The position numbers and the translations under genes were made by a program. Below, one piece after another: positions 49,274 to 61,734 of a stretch of 64,000 nucleotides of DNA. How positions within the stretch are numbered: position 1 is the stretch's first letter; the number at the start of each line of letters is the position of its first letter. A model generated the notes under the pieces. It did no database searches. It was not told the DNA's origin and saw only the letters and a program-made list of their open reading frames with translations. The DNA comes from Massalongia carnosa (Eukaryota), in assembly GCA_965645245.1 (NCBI GenBank), contig OZ287087.1:434001-498000 (forward strand), written 5' to 3'.

Positions 49274-51493
49274 TACCAAACCTTGCAGGATTTTCTGCAA
49301 AAAATGGGGTTTAAACGGACATATTCGGACCATGGAGTTTTTGTATCGGATGATATGTTTATAGCGATTTACGTCGACGACCTCCTCATCTTCGACAAAG
49401 ATACTTCAAAATTGCAGCAACTGCAACACGAATTGAAGTCTCGTTTCCGCATGACGGACTTGGGAGAAGTATCCCATTATTTGGGAATTGAGGTGAACGT
49501 CAACACCGAAAAATCGATTATAACTCTCCGACAAACAATTTATCTGAAGAAGATACTGCAGCGATTTAATAAGGTCGACTGCAGACCTATTTCCACCCCC
49601 ATGGACCCCGGTGCCGGAAACACACTCATGCCGTCATAAGACCAGGCCGACAAGAAAACAATTACCTGGTACCAGTCGGTGGTAGGCTCGCTCATGTGGC
49701 CAGCCATGCATACACGCCCCGACATCGCTTATGCAGTGGGAGTACTGAGTCAATATTGTTCGAACCCAGGCCCATTACACTGCAAATATCTTCAGCGCAT
49801 TATGCGCTATATCTCCAGTACCCTAAATGCAGGCCTCGTGTTTAGAATAGACACCGAGGATGACATTGTGGGGTACTCGGACTCGGACTATGCTGGAACG
49901 AAAGATGGAAGAAAATCGACAGGGGCCTATACATTTTTGTTAGCAGGCGCCCCGATTTCTCACTGTTCCAAGCTACAACCTACCGTCGCCCTATCCACCT
50001 GCGAGGCCGAATATATGGCCCTAACAGAAGCAGCTAAAGAGGCCATTTGGTGTGCACGATTTCTGACCGAGCTGGGATACCGCCCAGTCCTACTTCGAGG
50101 GGACAATCAAGGGTCAATTGCACTGGCCGAAAACCCGGAGTTTCACCGTCGCACCAAGCACATTGAAATCAAATGGCATTGGATACGGGAGGTGGTTGAA
50201 TTGGGAAAGATAAAAATCAAATTTATCTCGACCAAAGAGATGGTGGCAGATGGGCTTTCGAAGCCACTGGCCGCTAAACCCTTTGAGGACTTTAAGTTAA
50301 TGCTTGGCAAAAACTAAGCTCAAAGAGGTAATATTCGAATAGTCTCAAGATGACTGAATGGGAGTGTCAGATGGTAGGGACTACCATCATGGGCATTCAT
50401 CTAGTGCTTATCTTCGGCGACTCTACCATGGGGACCGAGGTGACCTCCGGGGACCGAGATTCAGTGGACCGGCTGACTCCTTATGAAAAGGGTCGCCGAA
50501 AGGTCTCCAATGTGACTGCTATATAATGAAGTAGATTACATATAATCCATACCTTCAATGACAATCATGCTATTATACCTACACGTGACTTTTACTATTC
50601 ATCAGCAAGCACATCGTCAATATTTTCGAGCGAATCCGACGAGGCTTCTGATGAAAGCATAACATCATTATCGTCATCCGAAGGAAGCATAGGACTCATA
50701 GAACGACCGAGAATGGGCTGAGTGTTATATACTGCACCTCCTCGTCGTCGGAGATGATAGGCGCGTTTTCGATTCTCTTCATGACTAATTTTTCTCCTAA
50801 ACCTATTGTACAAATCGGGTCTAGGAAGTCAGCAAACACTTCGCTTAATTTCCCCTCATCTAAATTCCCCCCTTACTTCACCCTCCCCTTTCTCCATCAA
50901 TTTTCATTTGATCAACGAAATGCCTTCCAACCCCAAGACGGCTAGACGTGAATATTCGTCTGAAACCATTGCTATCGTTGTAGCCCTTCATGAAGTCCAC
51001 TATTCCTATGCTGAAATAGCCCGTCAAGTTCGGCTGGCCCGTTCCACCGTGGTCACCATAGTTCATAGAGCTAAGAGACAAGCCGACGCCTCTTCCGTTC
51101 CCAAAAAACGTACTGGTCGGCCAACCAAGCTAAATGTCCGTGCCAGACGGGCATTGATTCGCCATGTTGAGAAAAATCCACACGATAATTTGCTGGCCCT
51201 GACTACCCCTTCCAAATCGGGTCAAAAGCTCTCTCGCGTCACCGTACGAAAATATCTGAAGCTCGGTGGCTAATTCCGTTTCAGGGCTAGAAAAAAGCCG
51301 TTTCTATCAGCACGTCACAAAGCAATCAGGCTAAAATGGGGCAAGGAGCATAAGCATTGGACGGTAGGAGATTGGGGCCGAGTTATATGGACAGATGAAG
51401 CTACGTTTGAAACTGGTTTAGACACTCGCTCGTGCTACGTCACGAGACGAAAAGGCACGGCCATGGAGTCTAGATATCTGAAGCCTACATTCA

Positions 51494-54400
51494 TATTGTA
51501 ATTGAAGCTCTGCTGGCATAGTAAAAAGCTCACTTTTGAAACGATTGATCTTTCTATCTACCTATCTAAGGACCGTGTTTATATAGATAGAAAAACATGC
51601 CGAAAACCGTTCTCCCTATGACTCACCTTCCTGCTTCCTAGAAATCTAAGATTGGTGATTGACTCATATCCAATTTATGACTCGATGGGAATGTTCATAG
51701 AAGTTTTGCGGTGCTTCTCGAGGTCGTTATGTGTTGCCTAATGTTCTTACCAACGCACTAATCCCAATGCGGTACCATGTGACTCTGAACACTTTACTAG
51801 GCATCAGCCGGGTGACTTTGCACATTACAACACTCCCACTGCAAAGTTGCCAGGTGAGTAATAATATCCTAAACGCCGGTTTCCAATCTGATTTTGTGTG
51901 GCCTATGTGGTCAATTTAGGTGGCCTTATGATGAAGCGTCCTCCATCTTCCTATGCCTCTCTTAGGCCTAATTTCTCGCGCAACTTTCGAAAGATAGGTG
52001 CCGCCAGTGGTTTAGTGAAGATATCTGCCACCATATCGTGAGTGGATACGTGCTGTATAGTGGCATAGTTGTCTTCAACGACCTCCCGAAGATAATGAAG
52101 CTGAATATCCATATGTTTGGACCGACTATGGTGCTCAGGGTTTTTTATCAAATCGAGCGTACCCTGGTTGTCGCCATTTAGGATAATTGGTAGGTTCATA
52201 TCTTTGGAGAAGTTCAACTCTCCGAACCATCTAGTTGCCCACACTATATCTTTTGAAGCCTGGCACATGGAAGAATACTCTGCTTCCATGGTGGATGTGA
52301 CGACTGACCGTTGCCTCTTACTGGCCCATATAACTGCCCCGTTTCCTAGCATCAGAACGTGGCCATATGATGATTTTCTATCATGGTTATCACCATACGC
52401 TGCATCAGCATAACTAGTGGGTCCGGTGTCATTGGGTTCGTAGGTAAGTGCCAAATTCGTGGTCCCATTCAGATATTTCATGAGATGGTCTACCGCGTTT
52501 CGGTGCCTAATTGCTGGATCGTGCGTATATTGACTAAGCTTTCCAACTGCTTGGGCAATGTCTGGTCGCGTGTTGATCATCAAAAACATCAAACTCCCTA
52601 TCCGTTCTTGATATTCTAATTGGTTTGTCCTAGGTTCGTTGACGATGGCAGGACTGCATGCATCATAGTTGATCATAGGGGTAAGGACTGAATTTGCTTT
52701 ATACATCTTATATTTCTGCAGGAAGCTGCGAATGTAAGATGATTGGTCAATCATTATTTTGTCTTTCTCGCGACGTATGCGAATCCCTAAGATGAACTTT
52801 GCTGGCCCTAAGTCTTTCATATTATATTCCTTTATTAGTAGACTTTTGAGCTCCTTTATGGCTGTCATGCTTTTGGAAAATATCAGAAAATCATCAACAT
52901 AAAGGCTAATGATAACGTGGATAGTGTGATTAACGAACACACAATTGTCTCCTGAGAGCGCTTTGAAACCAATGGATGTTAGATAATTGGTTATCTTTTT
53001 ATTCCATCCTCGGCCAGATTGTTTGAGACCATAGAGTCCTTTCAGAACGCGCAACACATGGTTCGTCAGATGTGGGGGAAGCACCAAGCCTTGGGGAGGC
53101 TCCATATAGATTTCGTCATCTAGGGAGCTTTGCAAGTATGCGTTTGGTGCGTCCATTTGCTCAATATGGAAGTTATATTTACATGCGAAATATAGGAGCA
53201 TTCGTAAGGATTCATACCTTAGGGTGGGTGAAAACGTGTCCCCATAGTCTGTCCCGGGGATTTGTTTGAAGCCCTTGCTACTAATCGTGCTTTATAGCGG
53301 TCAACATGGTTAGTAGGGGTGTATTTCACTTTGAAGACCCATCTAGCGGTGATGAAGTTCTTATCTGCTGGTCTTTCAACATATTTCCATGTATTATTGG
53401 CGGCGAGAGCATTTAATTCGTCTTGAATAGCAATTTTCCATTTGCGATGGTCAGTGCATTGCATGGCCTGATTATATGACTGCGGCTCGTACACTTTGGA
53501 TGGTTGTTTTGCTATATTTGCCCGGTCCCGGTCCTTTTTGTTTCCATAAGAGTTATCGAATTCGTATCGGTTATACACATCTTTCCTGCGGTTGGAACGT
53601 CTGGTAGGTGATGAAGAAGGGGTCCTATTTGTCTCCTGAGTTTGGTTGTTTTGGTGCTGGGCACCTGCATCATCTTGGTGCGGATTATCCTGAGCACCTG
53701 CATCATCATCCTGATGCTGAATACCATCGCCCTGGTGCTGATCACCATTAGTAGGAACTCCCACTTGATCAGTAGTAGGGTGGTTGGTTGGTGGTGACGA
53801 TTCATTGTCATCGGAAGAGTCATCGTCATTTAGGACGACGGACGGGGATGATAGGCCTTTTGTAAGTAAGGATCCCCCCGGTCTTTTTTCGTCAAACTTT
53901 ATTGAAGTCTGAATTTCCACCTTTTTTGTTTCCACATTGTATAACCTATATTGATTGCTTGAATGATATCCGGTGAATATTGCCTGATATGACACATTAT
54001 CTAGTTTGGAGCGTTTTTCCTTTGGGACATGCACAAAAGAGACGCATCCGAACGTACGAAGAGTGTTGATGTTAGGTCTTAGCCCGGTCCAAGACTCATT
54101 AGGCGACGTGGTGTTGGTGGTAGGTAAGAAGTTTCTGAGGTGGTTTGCTGCTACTGCTGCTTCCCCCCAGAAAGATTGTGGCAATTTGGCCCATACCAAC
54201 ATAGACCTTACCATTTGAACAATGGTTCTATTGAATCTTTCGGCGACACCGTTCTGCTGGGGCGTGTATGCGGTGGTTGGCTCCATACGAATTCCTAATG
54301 GCTGAAGTTGCTCTGCGAGATATTTATACTCTTTGGCATTATCAGCACGAAAGCGAATGATTTTGAGCCCCTTTTCCAACTCGACCATTGCCTTCCAGTC

Positions 54401-56698
54401 TTTTATGATGCGGTATATGTCTGCCCTACTTTTCATACAGAAGAGCCAAGATTTTCGGGTATAGTCGTCTATCAAAGAAACGAAATAGGTATGCCCACCT
54501 AAACTGGCCTTCTTATATGGACCCCAAACGTCAGTATGTATTCTATCGAGTGGTCTATTTGCCTTCGAGAAAGGAATTTTGCTGATTGTACGGGTCATAT
54601 TAGTTAAATTGCAAATCTGGCACGGTAGGTCCAGAATTGCCTTTGAAAATTTCTTCCCTGTTGCTTGTTGAAGTCGTATATCATTGGGGTGCCCCAATCG
54701 TGTGTGCCATAACCAATATTGGGCCTCATTGGTGGCCTCATTGGTGGTCTCTTTGGGTGCTCCCACTGGATCGCTATCGATGCAGTCAGGGGTAATAGGA
54801 GGAGGAGTTTTGGGTTGAATTTCGCCGGAGGAAAGCGAGGTCAGATATGTGGTTGATTTAAGGTTTGCCGGTGGTTCGGGGCCATCTAAATCATCATTTT
54901 CATCATGGGCTTCGAGGGCCACATGAGATGTGTGGAGGAAGTACGCCCGTCCCCTAAGAATTCCGGTAGCGACCAAAGTACCATCCCTGAAAATCTCGAC
55001 ACCTCTCCGGTTAAATGAAACGTTCAAACCCTTCCGATTAAGGGCTGCAATTGATAGCAAGTTGACGTCTAGTTCAGGCACGAATAGAACGTTTGTCATC
55101 CGGATATTTTTCCCATCGATATTGGTGCAAATCGTACCTACTCCTACGGAGAAGAGTTTTTCGCCGTTTGCAATTCTAATGGTGGTCCGGTATGGCTTGA
55201 TTTGGGTGAAGATCGATTTATTGTATGTCATATGCCTGGAGGCTCCTGAGTCGATTACCCATCCAGGTGAGTGTTGATCATCTTGCGCCATCCACGCACT
55301 ATTCTCACTATCACTATTCGATTCATCCTTTGCTGCTCGTGCTGCCCCCCTTCCTCTCGGTTTGTTTTTGGACTGCTTGTTATCACTCTTTGGTTTTCGG
55401 TTATTTTCTGGTCTAGGTTTCACCTCATTAGGGTGTTCTTTGACCCATTTTTTACCTTCATCTGTGTTGTCCTGCCAGTCCCAGCAATCATTGCTATTAT
55501 GCCTCTTTGGGCAATGTGAGCATTTGGGGATTGCCTTACCCTTGTTAATGGCCTTATTGGCCGTCTCGGTCTCTTGCCCATCTTTTAGTCGTTGCTCCAC
55601 CCGTTTTAGGCTTTCCAGAGTCTTTTCTAATGTGGGATCACCAAGGTCTTCAAGGATGAACTTCGCGGTGTCATAAGCTGGGTCCTTAATGGCGTTCATG
55701 AGGGTCATGGCCACAGACAGATCTGATGGCTGTTCTGAAGTCTTTATATCTGCGATTTCCATCGCAAGGTTCTGCAATTCATTGGCGACCTCATCGATGG
55801 GTTGATCGACTGACATTTCATATGTATAGAATTTTCTCTGAAGCACACATATTCTGCTTTTGGCTTTGACTCCATGGACGTTCCTCAATGCTGCCCAAAC
55901 ATCCTTTGCGGTCTCCTTGTTCCTAACAGTGACATATTGAGACTTTTCTATATTGCCCCTGATCCAGAGCTGTGCCTGAGTGTCATCAGTAAACCATTCC
56001 TCATAGTCTTTTAGATAGGTGACAGGGTCTGGAGAAGAAATGGCCCCGTTTACTATCCTCCACATCCTTTTAGATTTGAGAAGAAGTTGCATGTCATCGG
56101 CCCAGGTCAGATAGTTGTTGGACCCAAGCTTCGGCTCTACTTTATAGTCTCCTTTTCGAATGGCTTTTAAATATGATCCATCAGGGGTTGTGCCCTCTTT
56201 CGCGGGAGCTGCGGAATCGCTCTCTTTTCCAGACATGGTCCAATAATAGGAGAACTGATGGATGGAACGAAGAAGAGTATGGCTTCGTAACTTTGGAAAA
56301 CAACAGAATAGATAGATTAATTTATGCGGAAGAAAAAATTGCTTTCCGGGCTCATAACCTATTGTAATTGAAGCTTTGCTGGCATAGTAAAAAGCTCACT
56401 TTTGAAACGATTGATCTTTCTATCTACCTATCTAAGGACCGTGTTTATATAGATAGAAAAACATGCCGAAAACCGTTCTCCCTATGACTCACCTTCCTGC
56501 TTCCTAGAAATCTAAGATTGGTGATTGACTCATATCTAATTTATGACTCGATGGGAATGTTCATAGAAGTTTTGCGGTGCTTCTCGAGGTCGTTATGTGT
56601 TGCCTAATGTTCTTACCAACGCACTAATCCCAATGCGGTACCATGTGACTCTGAACACTTTACTAGGCATCAGCCGGGTGACTTTGCACATTACAACA
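51494..56698 (-). mobile_element. Full-length Ty1/copia retrotransposon 2, recent
   Basis: 339-bp LTRs at 51494-51832 and 56360-56698 (2 differences seen); PBS-like GGTTATGAGCCC after the 5' LTR; purine tract AGTGGGAG before the 3' LTR. Confidence 0.96.
51951..56236 (-). CDS. Copia Gag-Pol polyprotein with one 1-nt frameshift near 53272
   Basis: Motifs IDSGASRH, WHTRLGH, HTDVWGP, RADNAKEY, QNGVAER, KARLVAR|GF, LYVDDFL, YADAAYG. Confidence 0.92.
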
Positions 56699-57838
56699 AT
56701 CTAGTTCGTGTCAATCTCGTTATATTGCTACTAAGTATGTTTGGGCTATTGCTCACAGCCCCCGGCCTCGAGAGGGGGACTCGATAAGGGCCTTGCTGTC
56801 TACTAATGTAAGACCCTCTCGCAGGCCTTGGGCTGTGAACAGACTCCCTCTATCTAAGCGACAGAAGAACTGGAGTGGGTGGGTGGGAAAGAAAACGTTG
56901 CAAACAGTGCTATCAAAATGCTATGCTTTTTGATTGTCTTGAGATGTGAGATGATGAGGGATACCGTCTGGGACCTCCTCTTTATATATCTTCTTCCTAT
57001 TCTCCTTGTCCTACTCTACCATCCCAGTATGCCCCATCAACGCGGCCCATAGCAAGGCATACACAAATCCGAAACCTAACTGTCGTCCGAAGGATCGATG
57101 CGGTGCTAAGATCTCTATGCCGTGCTGAGACATCCTTATGGTGCTGAGACATCTATGCCGTCCGAGAGATCCATGCGGTGCCGAAATCAAAGCGGGAGCT
57201 GTCTCGATTAACGACGCACTAGCTCTCAGCATAGCCGAACTAGTCAAAAGCGGACGAAGCACTGTGGGCATCTGGGCTAGCATACGATTGGGTGAAAAAG
57301 GCCCTATGCTCGTTTTGAATAAGGGGAGACGAATGAATTCAGATATCTACATTGACGAGGTGCTACGGCCTTTAGGGCTCTCGTTTTATGAAGCATGCTT
57401 GACTAGGCGAGGTTTGACGATCTGGATGGATGACGGAGCCAGCTATCATACTTCGAAAAAGGTGATTGATTGGGGGAGACGAAACGGGCTTTTACGCATG
57501 GATTGGCCACCTCAGTCACCCGATTTGAATCCCATTGAGAATCTCTGGCGTATTATCAAAATACGGGTCAGTGCCCGTCGTCACCAAATCAATACAATTG
57601 AGGCCATGGAGCAGGCTATTCGGGAGGAATGGGAGCTGTTGACTGAGGACTTCAGACGGTGCATTGAGAGCATGCCTGAGCGTATTCGCTTTCTTATTAA
57701 GGCTAAAGGGGGTTCTATTAAATATTGATGACTTAATCTTCTTCAGCATACAGTATTTGACGAAATATGAAGGTTTCAAAGCATCAAGTGGGTGGAACGT
57801 GCGCTGTTCGGTCACTTCCTAGACCCGACTGTACCTTG

Positions 57839-58100
57839 TGTTGAGTTAAATAGGTAGGTAATAGTATGTGTGGGAAGGATTGATTATTCTATCTAGGTTG
57901 CTATCTACTATGTTTATATAGCTAGATAGATGAGAGATGAATAAGATAGAGAGCAGGCACAGCGGCAGGGCAGGTTTGCCTTGAATCTCCCTGCCGTACC
58001 ACCTCATTCCCTAGCCGTGTGCGGATCACCTGAAGACGTTATTCCCAAGCCGTTATGTTGCCGTCTGGCACGGCACAAAGGATGGCTGTCTCATCTAACA
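57839..58100. repeat. Solo LTR
   Basis: TGTTG...TAACA ends; TSD CCTTG. Confidence 0.82.
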
Positions 58101-59524
58101 CCTTGTACCCATTATTAGCCGACCCGAGCGCAATAGTGAGTTCTGTGATCAACGCGAAGCCTTGGATGAAGGCATAGTCTTGAAGACGAGTCTTCGCCTT
58201 CTTTCAAGACGAAACTAACTCATTCTCTTGCCGAGGGAGGAGGCGAGATGGGGCAATGGCATGTTGCTTCCGTGCATCCAAAGAAGTGGGATCGGACTCC
58301 ATCGCGATGAGGAGTAATAAAGTATATAATATGAGGTATAGCATAAGTGGAAGGGGAGATTTAGGGAGGGCAAAGGTGAGGGTGAGGGCATGCTTTATCA
58401 GACCGAGTATGGTAATTATTAGTAGCAATAAAAACGTGATACAATTTAAACCGAAAAGAGTTTAATGTGCTGTTGACAGCTGCATTACTAGCTTGTACGC
58501 ACCCTGGATGAGTAGTAAAATGACTGTTTACTAGCAAAGATTTACACAGGGGGACGGTCGGGGGGACTGTCCCTAAGCATCTCGAAGCAGGAAAAGATCT
58601 CATTTCAATGGATTTAGTTATTGCTTGACTACGCTCGGCTTATCTCAAAGTCACAAGGGCAGATATAACAGTTCTCCCTGTTTGATAACACCTCTTGCGC
58701 AGAGAGGACTGCAGCTTCCAGAATCTCTACATGTGGTTTTTAATGCCAAGTCAGAATTGGCTTCGGAAGTTTGACGAGGCCGACGTTTTAAGCTGAGAGC
58801 TCAAGTGATTTTCCTCTAGCATTCGTTGCTCTGATCAGTTTCAATCAGGCAAAAGTCTTGACAGTGCAAGTCCAGTATCCTTCAAAACCCTCTTCTTCTT
58901 CCTCCTCTTTCTCCTTCTCTTCTACCTCTCCCCGCACAGCAAAGCCGTTTCCCTATCATCATCATCATCCACTACCTCAGGAACTTTGTCTACCATTTAG
59001 CATCGAGCATAATCCTCCCCATGACGAGAAAGCAAACGTTATTCAAGTCGCTTCTCACGGCGGAACCACCCAGTATCTTTGTCATATAGGTCGGAAAGCC
59101 GGCTAAAACACACCTCGGCTCCCTTCAGCCCGTTCAGTAGACCTCATTCATCCCAAAGCTCAATGAAAGAGTCGAGTGATGAAATGCTCAAGTACATCAA
59201 GACCTCCGTCGGGATTACGACAAGCGAGAAGGCAACTACGTTGATGAACATACAAGGACTCCTATTCGACGAAGACTATCATTTTACAGTCAGACTTGGT
59301 CAAGTCTTGCGGGGGCTGGTAATGCACATTTTAGGTGTAGCTTCTTAAGGATTAAACTGATGAACGATGATTAACAGTACATCGCAGATCGAACCTTTTC
59401 ATAACACTGTCATCACACCGTCGTCACGCCGACAAGGATATTACGATCACATCAGAAATAAGAGTCGAATCAGAAACGCACCAAACCCGTAAATTCAGCG
59501 ATCATGTTAAGCCATTGAACAACT

Positions 59525-61179
59525 TTATACTAGGATTTCGTTCAGCTTCATAAGTATCTAAAGACATTGTTAGCACGAGCTTTCCGTAAAAGCCGTATAA
59601 TTGATAAACCTTGTCAATGTATTTCACACCCACTAAGACACCATCCTGGTCTTCGAACTCGCTCTGATCGCCAAAATCTGCATTGTCTTGATCTAGGCAA
59701 GTCAGACAGTTTATCACAACTTCCTCGTATCGCTCTCCCATCCGCTTGGATAGATCGCGTTTCGCAACAGCGATCAGGCGCTCTTTAATCAGAGCTGGCT
59801 GTTTGAGTTCGGGGCTGTTCAAAGTAATGCCGAGTGCTGCGGCAGGAAGAGGGGCTGTCACACCATCCGCATATGATACGAATGACTCCCACAACCCAAC
59901 CTCCAAAAGACAGACACCTAGGCTGTAGATGTCATGTTGCATGGTATAGATTTCCTCAGGGTTCAATCCCTGACGATGTGGGTGACGGTAGAGATTCTTC
60001 TCCCAAGTAGAGTCACCTGACCGCCTTGTTCGACCATCTACTGTGCGCATCTTCTCGAAACCGACAAGGAAGAACAAGCCAAACTCAGATTCATTAGTTT
60101 GGAAGCCAAGAACAGTCTCGGGCCGGACGTTCTTGTGCACAAAGCCAAGTGTATGGACATAGCTGATAGACTTGGCCAGTTGTTTTGCAAGCTGGAAACG
60201 GTCTGTAAGTGTATGATCGAAATATGAGGAGAGATAACTCCGAAGACTTCTAGGCTCGTTGCTGAGCTCTCTGGGTATTCGGAATATGAAATCAAAAGAG
60301 GATGATCTCCCGCTGCTGGGTTCCATAACTCGAACTACACCGCGGCACTGAAGTATGCCGAATGTAAGAGGGTCCACAGAAGAGAGTTTTCTTGCAAGCT
60401 CCCTTACATCTCTTGTCATCAAGCCTATGTCGACTTCCGGATCGCATGGGATGCGGTCTACCACGAACCATTTGTCCGAGCCAGCTCTCTGCATACACTT
60501 CGCAGATGCGAAAGGAATCTCGCGCATCCCCGCCGTCTCAAGTCCATCTTTTGGAAGGAAAACGGAGACTTTCTGAAGAGGCTGCTCCCTCAGAGCGTCT
60601 CTAAGGCTATGCGTGCCGGTGAACGAAGATATCGCCGACCCATTTCTGCTCAGCTCCTGATCAATCAAGGGACTTGAGACCTTCAGGATTAAAAACCAAG
60701 ATGGATCGAACAACTTCTGCCATGAGGTCAAATCCTCAATAGATTCATCAAGACATTTTTTAATCAGGACATATTTCAATTTATTTACTTCTATAACCCA
60801 GCCATTTGTTGCTTGATTATCGGATCTCCTTTCGGACAGTTTAACAAGTTTAGAGGTTATGAGGCTTAATTTGTTGATTAGTACCTGGTAAATCTGATCC
60901 TGAATTGATTGATGTTCCTCGTCCAGGCCGTTCCATATCCGCTTGATAAAGTCTAGTTGTAAGTCTGTGCGTTTCCAGTGATTTTCTACGCAGAGTACTC
61001 GCTCATTTATCTCGGCCTCTGCGCCCTTGAAGGTTGCGCATGTCTCGACAAGAATCTTACCATATCTGGATTGTGTCAGATGGCAGTGCAACAGAGAGAG
61101 AATGGAGACGAGCAACTCACTTGATACATAGGTCGGCTGTTGCAAAAACAGCAAACGTTATCCCGACTACTTCTGCCAT
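59525..61179 (-). CDS. HeLo-like N-terminal domain plus pseudokinase (MLKL-like architecture), intact, about 515 aa
   Basis: Predicted exons 61179-61121, 61065-59610 and 59557-59525 (second donor GTTTAT is weak). N-terminus MAEVVGITFAVFATADLCIKYGKIL. Kinase C-lobe motifs RFQLAKQLAKSISYVH, VHKNVRPETVL, LVGFE, YRHP, HDIYSLGVCLLEVGLW. No Gly-rich loop or VAIK lysine recognisable. Confidence 0.88.
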
Positions 61180-61734
61180 GAGTCACGACAGTGTACTTGG
61201 ATCCTGGACACAAAAAAAGCGGTAAATGATGGGGAAGAGAGACGTCGTTGTATTCCATTAGGCGGAACACTCGATAGAAGCGGTGTCTGCTCTAGCTAGA
61301 TAGGGTAAAGCTTGAGCTTGGGGATGTGATGGCGGGGCTGAATCCTAAGGCAGAAGGCATAAGGCTAGATTTCGTTTTCCGTAGCCATCATGAGAACGAG
61401 CTTATACCTACCTATATCATAAAGGGGTGTTTGAGAGGTCTCCTTCACGCTCTGCCAGTCAGAATAACCGGACCCTGTCATCTCCGTTGAATCCGGCGCC
61501 TCTGACGACGACCCCGTCGCTGATGCGGAGCAGTGCTCAGTCTTCGGGATGTAGGTCAGGCATAGTTCACATACTACACTATGGTACATGAATGACCGAC
61601 CATCTTTTGCGCGTTGTGATTGTAAGCTGTGATCGGTGACTGCCGGTATCCTACGATTTGCGCGTGAGTTCAAGCTGATGATCTACAGACCAAGCGCCTC
61701 CTGTCCACACAAGAGCAGATGTCAGATCGCTACC

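Larger units (their letters stand above)
44236..50583 (+). mobile_element. Ty1/copia retrotransposon 1, degenerate, no matching 5' LTR, interrupted by Tc1
   Basis: Gag zinc knuckle CKTCGKVGHLESVC, protease LDSGATSH, WHERLGH, integrase HSDLGGP/RADGGGEY, RT YVDDLL, RNase H GYSDSDYAG; purine tract then LTR 50366-50583. Confidence 0.92.
50811..57831 (+). mobile_element. Tc1/mariner transposon split by copia 2 and a further insertion of about 0.55 kb
   Basis: TA-flanked TIRs containing TCGGGTCTAGGAAGT; N-terminal half 50920-51493 (RTGRPTKL, IWTDEA) and C-terminal half 57246-57728 (WMDDGA, WPPQSPDLNPIENLW) join as LKPTF|KSGR. Confidence 0.9.
43405..58584 (-). mobile_element. MULE-like element with long TIRs, internally deleted and expanded to 15.2 kb by nested insertions
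   Basis: About 100-bp TIRs starting CGAGATGCTTAGGGACAGTCCCCCC; 9-bp TSD AAGCAGGAA (43396-43404, 58585-58593); empty site at 5786-5794; probable transposase N-terminal remnant (DYAFIQGFAL) near 58180. Confidence 0.85.

Noticed and set aside
59525..59700. Amyloid signalling motif (HET-s PFD, PP, sigma, RHIM) on the effector C-terminus or kinase N-terminus
   Set aside because: No G/N/Q-rich pseudo-repeat is visible in either protein.
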